Below, piece after piece: positions 39,104 to 50,384 of a stretch of DNA of 64,000 nucleotides (its first letter is position 1; the number at the start of each line of letters is the position of its first letter). Both the position numbers and the translations under genes were made by a program. The stretch is from Candidatus Bathyarchaeota archaeon. GTDB taxonomy: Archaea; Thermoproteota; Bathyarchaeia; 40CM-2-53-6; RBG-13-38-9. The stretch covers positions 128,001 to 192,000 of the forward strand of contig CAWECG010000001.1 of assembly GCA_963807605.1 (NCBI GenBank). Direction: 5' to 3'. The notes beneath the pieces are model-generated. The model worked only from the letters and a program-made list of their open reading frames with translations. It did not search any database and was not told the origin of the DNA.

Positions 39104-40630
39104 ATGCAGCAGGAGAAGGATAGAGTCTGGATATTTGATACTACTCTAAGGGACGGCGAACAGACTCCCGGGGTATCCCTCACACCAGAGGAGAAGCTAG
39201 AGATAGCTATGAAGCTGGACGAGCTTGGCGTCGACACTATAGAGGCGGGTTTCCCAAGAGTATCACGAGGGGAAGTTGAAGCTACTAAGCTCATTTTGAA
39301 ACAAGGTCTGAAGGCCAAAGTCTGCGGACTCGCACGGACTGACCAGAAGGACATCGATGCCGCTCTCGAATGTGGAGTCCCCTACATACACGTATTCATA
39401 GCAACCTCAGAGATCCACATGAAACACAAACTGCAAATGAATAAACAACAGGTTCTAGAGGCTGCAACAAAATGGGTAGGTTACGCGAAGGATCACGGTG
39501 TGATTGTAGAATTCTCACCTGAAGACGCGACTAGAACCGAGCCCGACTTCCTCAAACAGGTCCTTAAGGTCGCTGAAGAGGCTGGAGCCGACATAATAAA
39601 CGTTCCAGACACCGTCAGCGCCGCAACACCTGAGAGGATGTTCGAGATCATAAAAGAATGCGTATCCACGGTAGCCATACCGATCAGCGTTCACTGCCAC
39701 AATGATTTCGGCTTGGCTGTAGCAAACTCACTCGCCGGAATCAGAGCAGGAGCATCGCAAGCCCATGTAACAATAAATGGGCTGGGCGAAAGAGCAGGTA
39801 ACGCCTCTCTTGAAGAGTTTGTAATGTCCCTCCATCTGCTAGAGAATAAGAAGACAAGCATCAACACCAAGCTCATCTACGAGACCTCAAGACTGGTATC
39901 CGGGCTTACAGGCGTACTTATACAGCCGAACAAGGCTATAGTTGGAGAGAATGCCTTCGGTCATGAATCCGGGATCCATACACATGGAATGCTGAAAAGT
40001 CCCTTAACATATGAACCGATCACCCCTGAGCTTGTTGGAAGAAAGAGATGGTTCCAAGCCGGAAAACATGCCGGAGGACACGGCCTTGCCGCCAAGCTTG
40101 AGGAGGACGGCCTTCATCCAACTGAAGAACAGATGAAAGAGATAACCCGTCGAGTCAAGGATATCGGCGACAGGGGAAAGATGGTGGCCGATGCAGACCT
40201 ATTCGCAATCGCCAAAGCAGTTATCGGCGGAGTTTCGGAAGAGAAGAAGATCGTTGAGTTAGAGAATCTCACAGTTGTAACAGGAACAGGCGTGGTCCCA
40301 ACATCATCGGTCAAGCTACTTATTGACGGAAAAGAGTACATATCCTCGGAGACCGGCGTTGGGCCGGTCGACGCTGCCATCAAGGCTATCCACAAGATAG
40401 TTGGTCCGCTGGCGGACGTGAGATTGAAGGAGTATCGACTGGAAGCCACAACTGGTGGGTCCGACGCTTTAGCCGAAGTCCTCATAAAGATAGAGGATAG
40501 CGCAGGCAACATTGTGTCGGCCAGAGCAGCCAGAACAGATGTGGTGACTGCAAGCGTAGAAGCAGTGATAGAAGGAATCAACAGGACACTAATCAAGAGC
40601 CGCATCAAGAGTTCCGAAGACCGGCGCTGA
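39104..40630 (+). CDS. leuA: 2-isopropylmalate (or citramalate) synthase
   Basis: [35 protein letters not shown] regulatory domain. Confidence 0.9.
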   Translation: MQQEKDRVWIFDTTLRDGEQTPGVSLTPEEKLEIAMKLDELGVDTIEAGFPRVSRGEVEATKLILKQGLKAKVCGLARTDQKDIDAALECGVPYIHVFIATSEIHMKHKLQMNKQQVLEAATKWVGYAKDHGVIVEFSPEDATRTEPDFLKQVLKVAEEAGADIINVPDTVSAATPERMFEIIKECVSTVAIPISVHCHNDFGLAVANSLAGIRAGASQAHVTINGLGERAGNASLEEFVMSLHLLENKKTSINTKLIYETSRLVSGLTGVLIQPNKAIVGENAFGHESGIHTHGMLKSPLTYEPITPELVGRKRWFQAGKHAGGHGLAAKLEEDGLHPTEEQMKEITRRVKDIGDRGKMVADADLFAIAKAVIGGVSEEKKIVELENLTVVTGTGVVPTSSVKLLIDGKEYISSETGVGPVDAAIKAIHKIVGPLADVRLKEYRLEATTGGSDALAEVLIKIEDSAGNIVSARAARTDVVTASVEAVIEGINRTLIKSRIKSSEDRR

Positions 40631-40674
40631 GCACGACACTTCAGAGCTTCCAGAAAGATAGACAGTGACTCATT

Positions 40675-41805
40675 GTGGCCAAGCACAGGATAGCACTTCT
40701 TCCGGGCGATGGTATCGGCAAAGACGTAATCGATGCAGCCAAGATAGTTCTTGACGCGACAAGACTTGACGCCGAGTATTTTCTCGGTGAGATTGGATGG
40801 GAATTCTGGAAGAACGAGGGCGACCCTTTACCCCAGAGAACTCTAAGCCTACTTAGAAGGACCGACGCCTGCTTGATGGGAGCAATAACCTCCAAACCTA
40901 AGGATGAAGCTCAACTTGAGCTAGACCCCAAGCTGAAGAACAAAGCTTACGATTACTACAGCCCAATAGTCAGGCTCCGTCAGGAGTTTAATCTCCACAC
41001 GAACATAAGACCCTGCAAGAGCTACAAAGGCAACCCACTCAACTTCAGAGAAGGAATAGACATAGTAGTATTCAGAGAGAATACCGAAGGCCTCTACAGC
41101 GGAGTTGAGTTCCACCCCCTGCCGTTGCCACTGATGCAGTGGCTAATTAAGAATCATCCGAAGATGAAGAGATTCGAATCTACGCCTCTTGATGAGATAG
41201 CAATCTCATTGAGGATAATGACTAGGAAAGCCTGCGATACGATCCTGACCAGTGCATTCGAGTACGCCAAGAAGAAAGACTACAAGACCGTCACCGTAGT
41301 CGAGAAGCCGAACGTACTGAGAGAGACAGGCGCGCTGATGCTCAGAGAAGCGCGAAGAATTGCCACGAACTACCCTTCAATTCAACTCCTAGAAGGAAAT
41401 ATAGACGCGATCTGTATGTGGCTGATAAAGAACCCCTTAGACTACTCGATAATTGTGGCTGAGAACCTTTTCGGAGACATCATCTCCGACCTCTGCGCGC
41501 AACTTGTGGGAGGCTTAGGCTTCGCGCCGAGCGCGAACGTCGGTGATAGCTATGCAATCTTTGAACCAACACATGGCTCGGCTCCGAAGTATGCGGGACA
41601 GTACAAAGTCAACCCTCTGGCAACAATCCTCTCTGCAGCTATGATGCTTGAATACCTTAGAGAAAATGCCTTGGCAGCAAGAGTTGAAAACGCAGTCGCA
41701 GCTGTCATCGCAGAAGGAAGAGTAAGAACCTACGATATGGGCGGAAGCAGCACCACCTTGGATATGGCACATGCCATATCTGACAAGCTGAGTTCAAGCT
41801 CGTAA
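40675..41805 (+). CDS. Isocitrate/isopropylmalate dehydrogenase family, probably homoisocitrate dehydrogenase
   Basis: PGDGIG, RENTEGLY, NLFGDIISD, FEPTHGSAP, TYDMGG. Confidence 0.85.
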   Translation: MAKHRIALLPGDGIGKDVIDAAKIVLDATRLDAEYFLGEIGWEFWKNEGDPLPQRTLSLLRRTDACLMGAITSKPKDEAQLELDPKLKNKAYDYYSPIVRLRQEFNLHTNIRPCKSYKGNPLNFREGIDIVVFRENTEGLYSGVEFHPLPLPLMQWLIKNHPKMKRFESTPLDEIAISLRIMTRKACDTILTSAFEYAKKKDYKTVTVVEKPNVLRETGALMLREARRIATNYPSIQLLEGNIDAICMWLIKNPLDYSIIVAENLFGDIISDLCAQLVGGLGFAPSANVGDSYAIFEPTHGSAPKYAGQYKVNPLATILSAAMMLEYLRENALAARVENAVAAVIAEGRVRTYDMGGSSTTLDMAHAISDKLSSSS

Positions 41806-42017
41806 TTCTATTGAAAAATTGTGGGCAGAGGAAGCTAGATCTTCACGGCATTTGAGTCTCCAAACCTCTTTTTTCTACGCGGCGTCGTAACACTTGTTAG
41901 AAGGTCGGTATATCAGGACCTTCCTTAGCACTACGATTGGTTACGGTCTTGTCTACGGTTGTGGTCAATCGAAAACGAAGTAGGAGCTTGACGAGTAATA
42001 TCGATCATTGAATTTCT

Positions 42018-42398
42018 CTAAGGCGTTTGCTCACGGTATATGTGACATATTATTCCTGCGATTAAGATGAGAACCGCTCCCACTCCAACCAATTGGGGTC
42101 CTGAGATCAAAGATGCGATTATGAGTACAACTCCGATCACGATGCCTCTTACCCCTGCACTAGCAAGTCTGCTCTTACTTGTCATGTGGAAACAATCGAA
42201 TCCTAAAAGGGCGCCTACGATCTCTATTATGATCCCGGCCAAGTACGTATATTGAAGCGGTTCGCGAAGTCCGAAGGTTGGATACACCGTCGTTATCGGA
42301 AGACTCAGAACCGCAATTATAAGGACAATAGTGGAACCTAGCAGGAAAAAGATGGATGCTAAATCCAAGAGCGTCTTTCTGCTGAAGGCTTCAGGCAT
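42018..42398 (-). CDS. Hypothetical 4-TM membrane protein
   Basis: Hydrophobic 126-aa ORF. Confidence 0.65.
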   Translation of the reverse strand: MPEAFSRKTLLDLASIFFLLGSTIVLIIAVLSLPITTVYPTFGLREPLQYTYLAGIIIEIVGALLGFDCFHMTSKSRLASAGVRGIVIGVVLIIASLISGPQLVGVGAVLILIAGIICHIYREQTP

Positions 42399-42578
42399 AA
42401 CAAGTCACTACCATATTATTCCTCTTGTTTAGTATTTAGAAATTCCTGAGAGTGATGGGGACTTCGTTGAGGATCTGTTTACAGGTGATTCCATGCAGCT
42501 TCGATCTTAATTGAGTTAATCAGAGAAAAAATCAAATTTATCTGCTCAGCATCAGTTGATTCGGCGGTGTGAAGATTC

Positions 42579-43108
42579 ATGGATATGTCAGAATTGATGA
42601 ATCTGCTGCAGGCGACCATTGGCTCGGTAGTGATGATTTCAAGCTCAACCTTGTTGTGTCTAGTAATACAAACACGATATGGAAGAGTTGTCGACAAGAT
42701 TCGACAGCTCATATACGAACGACGTCGTCTTCAACAATCAGATAGCCACAAGCAATCGCTTTCAGGCGCGAATAGGGATCTGGCTCAAGAAAGACTCAAC
42801 AATATTGATACTCAGATAGGTCTTCTGCTCAATAGAGGTTCCAAACTTAAGCGAGCTCTTTTCTTCACTTTCTCCGCGTCTTCGCCTTCATATTCAGTTC
42901 CTTCCTAATATTTGTAGGTTCAATGCTGGGACCGGCTATGACAATTCCTTTTGTCGCATTGACATTCTTCTTTGGCATGTTATTCCTTCTGCTCGGCGCT
43001 GTCACCACCGTTAATGAAATCGCAAACTCCTACGATGTTGTCACCAAAGAAGTGAAGTTTGCAAAGTTCGAGGCATTGAGAATTTCTAATCAGACATCAG
43101 AACCATGA
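42579..43108 (+). CDS. DUF2721-like membrane protein, frameshift near 42877
   Basis: VMISS..LL..QTRYGRVVDKIRQL; second TM part continues in the 42923 frame. Confidence 0.7.
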
Positions 43109-43252
43109 AGGCATCGTCGAAAGCTTCGAACCCCTTGGCTAACCTAATCTCTGTCACCCAAGTATCCGGCAAGGTGGGAGCGCCATCGGGAACAAACGGT
43201 TGATTGACAATCTGTAGCGGTTTTGCAGACAATCTTGAGAGACAATGAGCGG

Positions 43253-43921
43253 CTATTTCGTTGCTGTCTTCTCTTTGTGTCTCCTTTCAAGTTCCTTGAA
43301 TATTTCGCCTAGTGCTACTTTTCTTGATGCAAGAAGAATCATCAGGTGAAAGATCAAGTCCGTTACTTCCGATACAAGTGCATTCGGCTTGTCTTTCGGC
43401 GCTAGAATGACCTCTGTGGACTCTTCGCTGATCTTCCTCAGGATCGCGCTTTCACCCTCATCCACCAAGCTCTTGACATAAGATCTCTCGTCGCCGCTCC
43501 TTATCCGTTCACCTACTATCTCATATATTCTGTTCAATGTTGATGCGTTCGGACGAGGCTCCTCCTCTTTGATGACTGGCTTGTGAAAGCAGCTTTCCAT
43601 GTTTGTGTGACAACATGGACCTACCTGTTGAACTTTGAACAAGACGGCATCGTTGTCGCAGTCCAGACTAAGATTCTGCACTATAGAAAAGTGTCCGGAC
43701 TCTTCGCCTTTCATCCAAAGCCTCTTTCTAGTGCGGCTCCAGAAGTGGGTCTTCCCTGAGACCAGGGTAAGTATGAAGGCCTCCCTATTCATATATGCCT
43801 GCATGAGAACCCTATTGTTAGAGGCGTCCTGGACTATCGCCGGGATCAGTCCATTACCTTTTTCAAAGTCAATCCTCTGAGCCATCTCCTCCGCCTCTTT
43901 TCTGCTCATCTGCAGAACCAT
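43253..43921 (-). CDS. hisIE: Bifunctional PR-AMP cyclohydrolase / PR-ATP pyrophosphatase
   Basis: WSRTR..KGEESG, DCDND, CHT..SCF, KISEESTE, DLIFH. Confidence 0.95.
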   Translation of the reverse strand: MVLQMSRKEAEEMAQRIDFEKGNGLIPAIVQDASNNRVLMQAYMNREAFILTLVSGKTHFWSRTRKRLWMKGEESGHFSIVQNLSLDCDNDAVLFKVQQVGPCCHTNMESCFHKPVIKEEEPRPNASTLNRIYEIVGERIRSGDERSYVKSLVDEGESAILRKISEESTEVILAPKDKPNALVSEVTDLIFHLMILLASRKVALGEIFKELERRHKEKTATK

Positions 43922-43936
43922 TCGCCCCAGATCCTC

Positions 43937-44743
43937 CTATGATGTCGGTCTGACAGGAACTCCGTGACTCGAAAGGTACTCTTTGACCTTCATAACAGGA
44001 TAAGTGGCTCGGTGGAATATTGATGCGGCCAGCGCAGCATCGGCTGCCCCTTCGACCAACGCCTCTCGAATATGCTCGGGATCACCAGCCCCTCCGCTAG
44101 CGATAATCGGTATGTGCGTACTCTCGGAGATGGTTCTTGTAAGAGGTATGTCATAGCCTCGCTGTGTCCCATCGCAGTCCATACTTGTAAGGAGGATTTC
44201 ACCAGCACCCAACTCCTCGACACGGGTTGCCCATTCCACTGCGTCGATCCCGGTTGGTATCCTTCCACCTTCAACATGGACTTGCCACCAACACGCTCCC
44301 TGTGGTGTATCCACGACCATCTTGTTGTCACGTTTCTCGTAGGACCTCTTTGCGTCAATGGCAACTACGATGCATTGAGTGCCGAAAGCCTCAGCTGCTC
44401 TCTTGACAAGGGTCGGGTCCTTCACAGCACCTGTATTTATTGAGATCTTATCTGCACCTGAACCTAGTATCTCGCGGATGCCTTCTATCGACAGTATTCC
44501 GCCACCGACAGTAAACGGTATGAAGAGAGTCTCAGCGGTTCTCTTGACGACATCGAGGAAAATCTTTCTTCTCTCAAAAGATGCTGTGATGTCGAGGAAG
44601 ACTACTTCGTCAGCACCTTCCGCGCCGTAGGCTTCAGCGAGCTTAGCGGGATCGCCTTCCTCCTTTATATTAACAAACTTGACCCCTTTGACTACCTTTC
44701 CATCTTTGACATCGAGGCATGGGATTATTCTCTTAACCAGCAT
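43937..44743 (-). CDS. hisF: IGP synthase cyclase subunit
   Basis: [31 protein letters not shown]. Confidence 0.97.
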   Translation of the reverse strand: MLVKRIIPCLDVKDGKVVKGVKFVNIKEEGDPAKLAEAYGAEGADEVVFLDITASFERRKIFLDVVKRTAETLFIPFTVGGGILSIEGIREILGSGADKISINTGAVKDPTLVKRAAEAFGTQCIVVAIDAKRSYEKRDNKMVVDTPQGACWWQVHVEGGRIPTGIDAVEWATRVEELGAGEILLTSMDCDGTQRGYDIPLTRTISESTHIPIIASGGAGDPEHIREALVEGAADAALAASIFHRATYPVMKVKEYLSSHGVPVRPTS

Positions 44744-45455
44744 TCATTGCAGCCTCCAGGGCCTCTTTCAAAGTGAACTTGTTCTCGTATAGTGCCGTAC
44801 CCAAGATTACGCCTTGAACACCTATCTTTGCTAGAGCGCGTATATCCTCCGGGCTACTTATTCCTCCTGAGGCTATCACAGGAATCTTCAGTTGGCGGAC
44901 AAGCCTCTTTGTGTCGTTGAGCGCCGGGCCGCCTAATGTCCCATCCGCATTGACTGAGGTGAAGATTACGGATCCGACACCTATCGCTTCCAGTTTCTGT
45001 GCGACTTCAATATACTCAAGAGAAGTCTTGCTCCTCCATCCCTCTATTGCTGGGCTGCCATTCTTGACATCTATGGCTGCGGCAACTCTGTCCTTGCCGA
45101 AGATGGAGGCGGCTTCTGAAACAAGTTCAGGCTTTCTGATGGATGCCGTTCCAAATATGATTCTTGTAACGCCGAGGTCTAGGACCTGCCTTGCCTTCTC
45201 AATCGTTCTTATTCCGCCTCCAACCTCGGTCTTGATCTGTACCGACTTCACGATTCTGCTTATGGTCTTGGTGTTCTCTCCGAGACCTAAGGCAGCGTCT
45301 AAGTCAACTATGTGAAGCATCTCAGCACCCTGTGCTTGAAAGAATCTGGAAGCCTCTGATGGATCCTCATAGTATTGTTTGGTTCTCGAAGGATCTCCCT
45401 GGAAAAGTCGGACGCATCTTCCGCGCATAAGATCGATAGCTGGAATTACTATCAC
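44733..45455 (-). CDS. hisA: ProFAR isomerase
   Basis: IPAIDL..VRLFQG, HIVDLD, GGGIR, DGTLGG. Confidence 0.96.
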   Translation of the reverse strand: MIVIPAIDLMRGRCVRLFQGDPSRTKQYYEDPSEASRFFQAQGAEMLHIVDLDAALGLGENTKTISRIVKSVQIKTEVGGGIRTIEKARQVLDLGVTRIIFGTASIRKPELVSEAASIFGKDRVAAAIDVKNGSPAIEGWRSKTSLEYIEVAQKLEAIGVGSVIFTSVNADGTLGGPALNDTKRLVRQLKIPVIASGGISSPEDIRALAKIGVQGVILGTALYENKFTLKEALEAAMNAG

Positions 45456-45463
45456 AGGTTATA

Positions 45464-46072
45464 CTACTTCCTTATCACCCCGACGAAGTTTCTAAGTACT
45501 GTCAAACCAGCCTGTGAGCTCTTCTCGGGGTGAAATTGGGTGGCAAACACGTTTCCCCTCTCAAGAATTGAAGGAAACTCCGTTCCGTATTCTGTCTTTG
45601 CAACTACGTCGCCCTCATCCTCCGGCTTCGCAACGTAGGAGTGAACAAAATAAGCATATGAGTTATCTGGAACTCCCTCAAGAATCGGGCTTTTTCTAAT
45701 TATCTCGATATTATTCCATCCAATTTGGGGAAGCTTAACGTTCGTCGGCAGCTTGACTACCTCTCCTTTTAGAAGATTTAGGCCAGGAGTTACTCTGCCC
45801 TCATAGCTCTTTGTGAACAAGAGCTGGAGACCGAGGCATATCCCCAACAGTGGCTTTCCATTCTTGACTTCCTGAATCAATACGTCTTCAAGTTTTGAGA
45901 GGTTCTTCTTTGCTTCTGCGAAAGCGCCGACTCCAGGCAGAACTATGGCATCAGCACTTCTTACCTTTGCAGGATCGCTTAGGATCTCAACCTCAGCTCC
46001 CGCTTTCTCGAGGCCTTTCTTGACGCTATACAGATTTCCAACGCCGTAGTTGACGATGATTACTAAAGTCAC
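45464..46072 (-). CDS. hisH: IGP synthase glutaminase subunit
   Basis: LPGVGAF, GICLGLQ, YFVHSY, QFHPEKS. Confidence 0.97.
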   Translation of the reverse strand: MTLVIIVNYGVGNLYSVKKGLEKAGAEVEILSDPAKVRSADAIVLPGVGAFAEAKKNLSKLEDVLIQEVKNGKPLLGICLGLQLLFTKSYEGRVTPGLNLLKGEVVKLPTNVKLPQIGWNNIEIIRKSPILEGVPDNSYAYFVHSYVAKPEDEGDVVAKTEYGTEFPSILERGNVFATQFHPEKSSQAGLTVLRNFVGVIRK

Positions 46073-46073
46073 T

Positions 46074-46652
46074 CTATAGTTCGCCTTTCGTGCTAGGAAT
46101 AGTCTTGCGGGCTCTTAGTTCTAATGAGCATGCTTCCCTTAGCGCTAAAGCTAGAGCCTTTGTTGAAGCTTCTACCTTGTGATGATCGTTGGTTCCGTAT
46201 AAAGCTGTCACATGGATGTTCGACTTAGATGATTGTGCCAGAGAAACGAAGAAATGATCTATGTCCTCAGTCTTCAAGTCCTCAATTTCATTCGACTGAA
46301 TTTTCAGATCGATACTTGGATAGGCTCTTCCTCCGAGATCGATCACTGCTCTAGCCAGCGAATCGTCCATTGGTACATGTGCTGAACCGAATCTTCTTAT
46401 GCCCCTCTTGTCTCCTAGAGCTTTGTTTACGGCTTCTCCGAGTGCAAGTCCAATATCTTCTGACAGGTGGTGTTTGAGGTCTCCGGAGGCCTTTACCTCC
46501 AAGTCTATGAGCGAGTGTCTGCCGAGAGTAGTCAGTAGATGATTAAGGAATCTGTTTCCCGTCTCCACCTTGACGTTTCCTTTACCGTCCAGGTTAAGTC
46601 TCACTGAGATCTTAACCTCGGCTGTCTCTCTCTTGACTGCTACTTTTCTCAA
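46074..46652 (-). CDS. hisB: Imidazoleglycerol-phosphate dehydratase
   Basis: GDLKHHLSED, PMDD, NDHHKVE, IPSTKG. Confidence 0.96.
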   Translation of the reverse strand: MRKVAVKRETAEVKISVRLNLDGKGNVKVETGNRFLNHLLTTLGRHSLIDLEVKASGDLKHHLSEDIGLALGEAVNKALGDKRGIRRFGSAHVPMDDSLARAVIDLGGRAYPSIDLKIQSNEIEDLKTEDIDHFFVSLAQSSKSNIHVTALYGTNDHHKVEASTKALALALREACSLELRARKTIPSTKGEL

Positions 46653-47861
46653 TTTCCATGCCTTCCCATTCTGTCAAAGACTGCTGGTATCGAGTTCGCA
46701 TCTCTTATTATTACTTCGACCCCAAGTTCCTTGAACCTGTTTTGCAGAGTATTCATAGTTGGTGAAGAAGATAGCGTGCCTATGAAGAGTATATTCTTTG
46801 CCTCGAATCTCCTGAGCATTTCTGGTCATCAAGGCATCTGCGAACGTATCTCCCACGTAAGCTACAGTCCGACAATCCTTGCAGAATCCTTCTAGAAGAG
46901 CTACGAAGGCTCTTGCGTCTGGCTTCCCGAGAATTGAATTGGATTCCAAGTTTCTCGATGCTCTCATGATGTCCTCGTTGAAGAAAATAGCTCTCTCGTC
47001 GAAATAGCCAAGAAGGTTGTGTTTCTGCAGGATATAGATGCCTTCATTCCTGGGTCTTTCTGAGTACAGCGCCATAAGGCCAAATCTCGACCTCACCTTC
47101 TCCAATGTCTCAAAGGAGGGTATTCTCGTTTCGTTGTCTATCAGACCCTCACCGAAGTCAAAGAAAGGCTTCTTGCCAGAGAATTTTTGGTATAATGTCC
47201 GCCCCAAATATGTCTCATCGAACAACCTCCTGAGCAAATCCTCTCCATCGACACTGAATGGACAGAGGCTCTTCACATTCTCAAGCATGGGCTCACTCAA
47301 GGCCAAGTTTTGGCTGATCCCTTTCAAAATTGGGAGGGACATCTTCTCACTGAATGTCTCCGATAGACTGTTGAGGCCTAGTAGTGAATCGGACTTCATC
47401 CTCTCTAGGTATGGGATATCTATCCCCATTTGTCCTGATTTCCCTCCTAAATCCCTCAGTCTGCTCACAATATTTCTTAGGTCTGAAGGAGAACGCACTT
47501 GATCCTCGTCAGCAGATGCAGGCTTAACCCAACCTTCGAGCAGGCGTACTATCAATCCCAAATAGTAAGTGATCAGCGCGTAAGTTAGATTCCAATCGTT
47601 ATTGAAGGCACCAGTATTCTTCATCTTCTGAATGTCCTCTTGTGTTGCCAAGCGACCTTCTTGTCCCTTAAGTCCGACGAGTTCAAGAAAGAAGTAATCG
47701 ACTGAACGGGCTATCGCTTGCCTGTATGAGTCTCTGTCTGAAACTATTACTCCGTCACAGTCAAAGATCAGCTTCTCAACTTCTAGGAGTAACGGGATTG
47801 CGTCGTCCCTGCATAGAGTCAGCTCATCACCGAGAGTATGGTATGACTGTCGGAGCTTCAA
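46649..47861 (-). CDS. HAD-superfamily hydrolase, candidate histidinol-phosphate phosphatase, +1 frameshift near 46797
   Basis: FDCDGV, FNNDW, KPD, YVGDTFAD; corrected frame ends overlapping the hisB start. Confidence 0.75.
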
Positions 47862-48940
47862 ATTAGGATGCGCCTTAATTCCCGCAGGAACCTCTCATTC
47901 AGAGGCCGCGTCCCAACGGTAACCCTCAGACAGTTGCGAAGCAGAGGGATGCTCCCTCTGTCTTTTATCAGGACTCCTTTCTGCCTTAACTCAGACTGGA
48001 TCTGTGATGACGTTTTTGCGCCCTCGACTCGAAATAGGATGAAGTTTGCGTCTGATGGGAATGGGGTTACCCCTCTAAGCTGTTGAAGTTGATCTCTCAG
48101 CCACTCTCTTTCTTTCTTGACAGCCTCCCAACTTTTCTTGAAGTAATCGCATCTTCGAAGTGCTTCCACTGCTAATTGCTGTGCTACAGCGCTTACGTTG
48201 AACGGGTGGACGGTCTTCTTGATTCCGTCCACTAATTCCTGATCGGTTATGAGGTATCCGATCCTTACTCCAGCTAAACCATAGGCCTTAGAGAAGGTTC
48301 TGAGAACAACAAGGTTGTCATATTGATCTGCCCACTTTAGAACAGAGTATCCTGAAAACTCTGCATAAGTCTCATCGATGACTATAGTTGTCTGGCATTT
48401 GCTAAGCAGTTCTTCTAAATCTCTCTCCTCAAACTGGTTTCCCGTCGGGCTGTTAGGAGAACAGATGAAAAGAAGTCTAGCCTCACTAGAGGCTTTTATC
48501 AACGCATCCATGTCTAGGCTGAAATCTGGTTTGAGCCTGACCTCGACTTTCTGACCTCGACATAGCTGTGTATAATACGTGTACATGAAGAATGTCGGCT
48601 CAGCTACAACAACCACCGATCCATTGTCTATTATAGTCCTAGTTAACCTGTCGAGAACATCATCTAGACCGTTCCCTACAAAGATACGTGATGCCTCTAT
48701 ATTGTAAAATTTCCCAATAGCCTCGACTGCAAGCCTCGCATGAGGCTCGGGATATTCTCTCGGGTCTATTCTCCTGAGTGCTGCACCGAACATCTTCGTC
48801 AATACTCCCTTCTCAATCAATGGGTTCTCGTTTAGGCTCATTCTGACAAGGTCCGGAAGGGCTTCAGTTGGGAAGTCCTCATCAAGTCTGTAAGGAGATA
48901 TCTCCAAGAGGTCCTCTCGGATTACTTCTCTGAATCGCAT
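47858..48940 (-). CDS. hisC: Histidinol-phosphate aminotransferase
   Basis: LNENP, SPNSPTG, DETY, RTFSKAYGLAGVRIG. Confidence 0.95.
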   Translation of the reverse strand: MRFREVIREDLLEISPYRLDEDFPTEALPDLVRMSLNENPLIEKGVLTKMFGAALRRIDPREYPEPHARLAVEAIGKFYNIEASRIFVGNGLDDVLDRLTRTIIDNGSVVVVAEPTFFMYTYYTQLCRGQKVEVRLKPDFSLDMDALIKASSEARLLFICSPNSPTGNQFEERDLEELLSKCQTTIVIDETYAEFSGYSVLKWADQYDNLVVLRTFSKAYGLAGVRIGYLITDQELVDGIKKTVHPFNVSAVAQQLAVEALRRCDYFKKSWEAVKKEREWLRDQLQQLRGVTPFPSDANFILFRVEGAKTSSQIQSELRQKGVLIKDRGSIPLLRNCLRVTVGTRPLNERFLRELRRILI

Positions 48941-48942
48941 TT

Positions 48943-50250
48943 TCAGACACCTCTAGCCTTTATAGATTCGGAGTGGGCCCGCAGGTTCTCGATCTCGGCC
49001 AGCGTCACTGTAGTCTTAGCTAGTCTCTTCAATCCCTCTTTCGAGCAACGAACATAGCTAATAGTCTTGACAAAATCTTTGACTGAAAGCCCGGAGTAGT
49101 TCTTGGCGGATCCGCCTGTTGGCAGGACGTGGTTTGTTCCTGCAGAGTAGTCGCCAACAGCGACTGGTGAGTATTGCCCCAAGAATATGAGGCCTGCATT
49201 TCTTATTTGTGGAAATAGTCTGGATGCATCTCGAGTCATGATGACTACATGTTCAGGTGCGATCAGATTTGTGAGTGTTGTGGCCTCTTCGAGATCGTCA
49301 ACAATTATTATGATCCCCTTTTTGTCCAATGCGATTCTCGCGGTTTCGGATCCGAGGCCAATCTTAAGATTCTCACCTACTCTTTCTCTAACTTCGTTTG
49401 CGATTCTTTCGGAGCTGGTTAGCAGGATGCAAGTCGCGTTTTCATCGTGTTCGGCCTGCGCCAACAGGTCTGATGTAATGAATCGTGTGTTTGCGCTATC
49501 GTCTGCTATGATTAGTATCTCGCTTGGACCAGCGGGGAGATCCACCGAGACGCGTTCGCTCAAGAGTTGCTTGGCGGCTGTCACGTAAATGTTTCCTGGG
49601 CCGACTATTTTTTCTACTGGACTTATCGTCTTGGTGCCGTAGGCCATCGCTGCAATAGCTTGTGCTCCACCGACGCAGAATATTTCGTCTACCCCTGCGA
49701 TATCTGATGCCACAAGGATATACGGGTTAAACTTTCTTTTCGGGGATGGTGGGCTACACACAACAATCCTTTCAACTCCAGCTATCTTGGCAGGAATAGC
49801 ACACATCAAGACTGACGAGGGATAGGAGGTCTTTCCCCCTGGGGCATAGATGCCAACTGATGATACTGGTCTTGTAGAAACCCCGAGTGTGACGCCTCCG
49901 CTAGACTGTTCAAATGCTATGCGGCTGAACTGCATTTTGTGAAATCGCTTAATGTTAGAAGCCGCCTTTCTCAGTGCTCTGACTTCGACTTCTCGAGTTA
50001 GACTGTATGCTGCATCGACGTCTTCTCGTGTAGCTCTTATCGTGCAAGAATCTAACCTTACCCCATCGAACTTTTGAGTGAACTCAAATAGAGCCTCATC
50101 ACCGCGTGTTGATATCGATTCGATTATGCCTTTGACATCTTCAGCCACACTTTCGAGTTCCAGTCGGCCTCTGTTGAGAATCTCATCGAGCAACTGGCCT
50201 TTCAATTCCCTAGATCTTATTAAACGCATAATAATGAGCCTTCTAACCAA
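48943..50250 (-). CDS. hisD: Histidinol dehydrogenase
   Basis: YAPGG..YPSSVLM, GPGNIYV, AGPSE, QAEH, APEH, GTNHVLPT. Confidence 0.97.
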   Translation of the reverse strand: MVRRLIIMRLIRSRELKGQLLDEILNRGRLELESVAEDVKGIIESISTRGDEALFEFTQKFDGVRLDSCTIRATREDVDAAYSLTREVEVRALRKAASNIKRFHKMQFSRIAFEQSSGGVTLGVSTRPVSSVGIYAPGGKTSYPSSVLMCAIPAKIAGVERIVVCSPPSPKRKFNPYILVASDIAGVDEIFCVGGAQAIAAMAYGTKTISPVEKIVGPGNIYVTAAKQLLSERVSVDLPAGPSEILIIADDSANTRFITSDLLAQAEHDENATCILLTSSERIANEVRERVGENLKIGLGSETARIALDKKGIIIIVDDLEEATTLTNLIAPEHVVIMTRDASRLFPQIRNAGLIFLGQYSPVAVGDYSAGTNHVLPTGGSAKNYSGLSVKDFVKTISYVRCSKEGLKRLAKTTVTLAEIENLRAHSESIKARGV

Positions 50251-50384
50251 CGAAGGGAAGTTCCAAGGTTGACCTAATAAGCTGGTTTTTGAGACTTAAA
50301 GTTCATTGGGAGCATCTATGTCGGTCGAACTTCACGACTTCGTAGTCGCCCCGAATACAAATCTGGCACACGGGTCGGTTGAGA

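Noticed and set aside
50251-50384. His or Phe leader peptide between hisD and pheA
   Set aside because: The short ORF MSVELHDFVV..GW has no run of cognate codons, and there is no His run on the minus strand.
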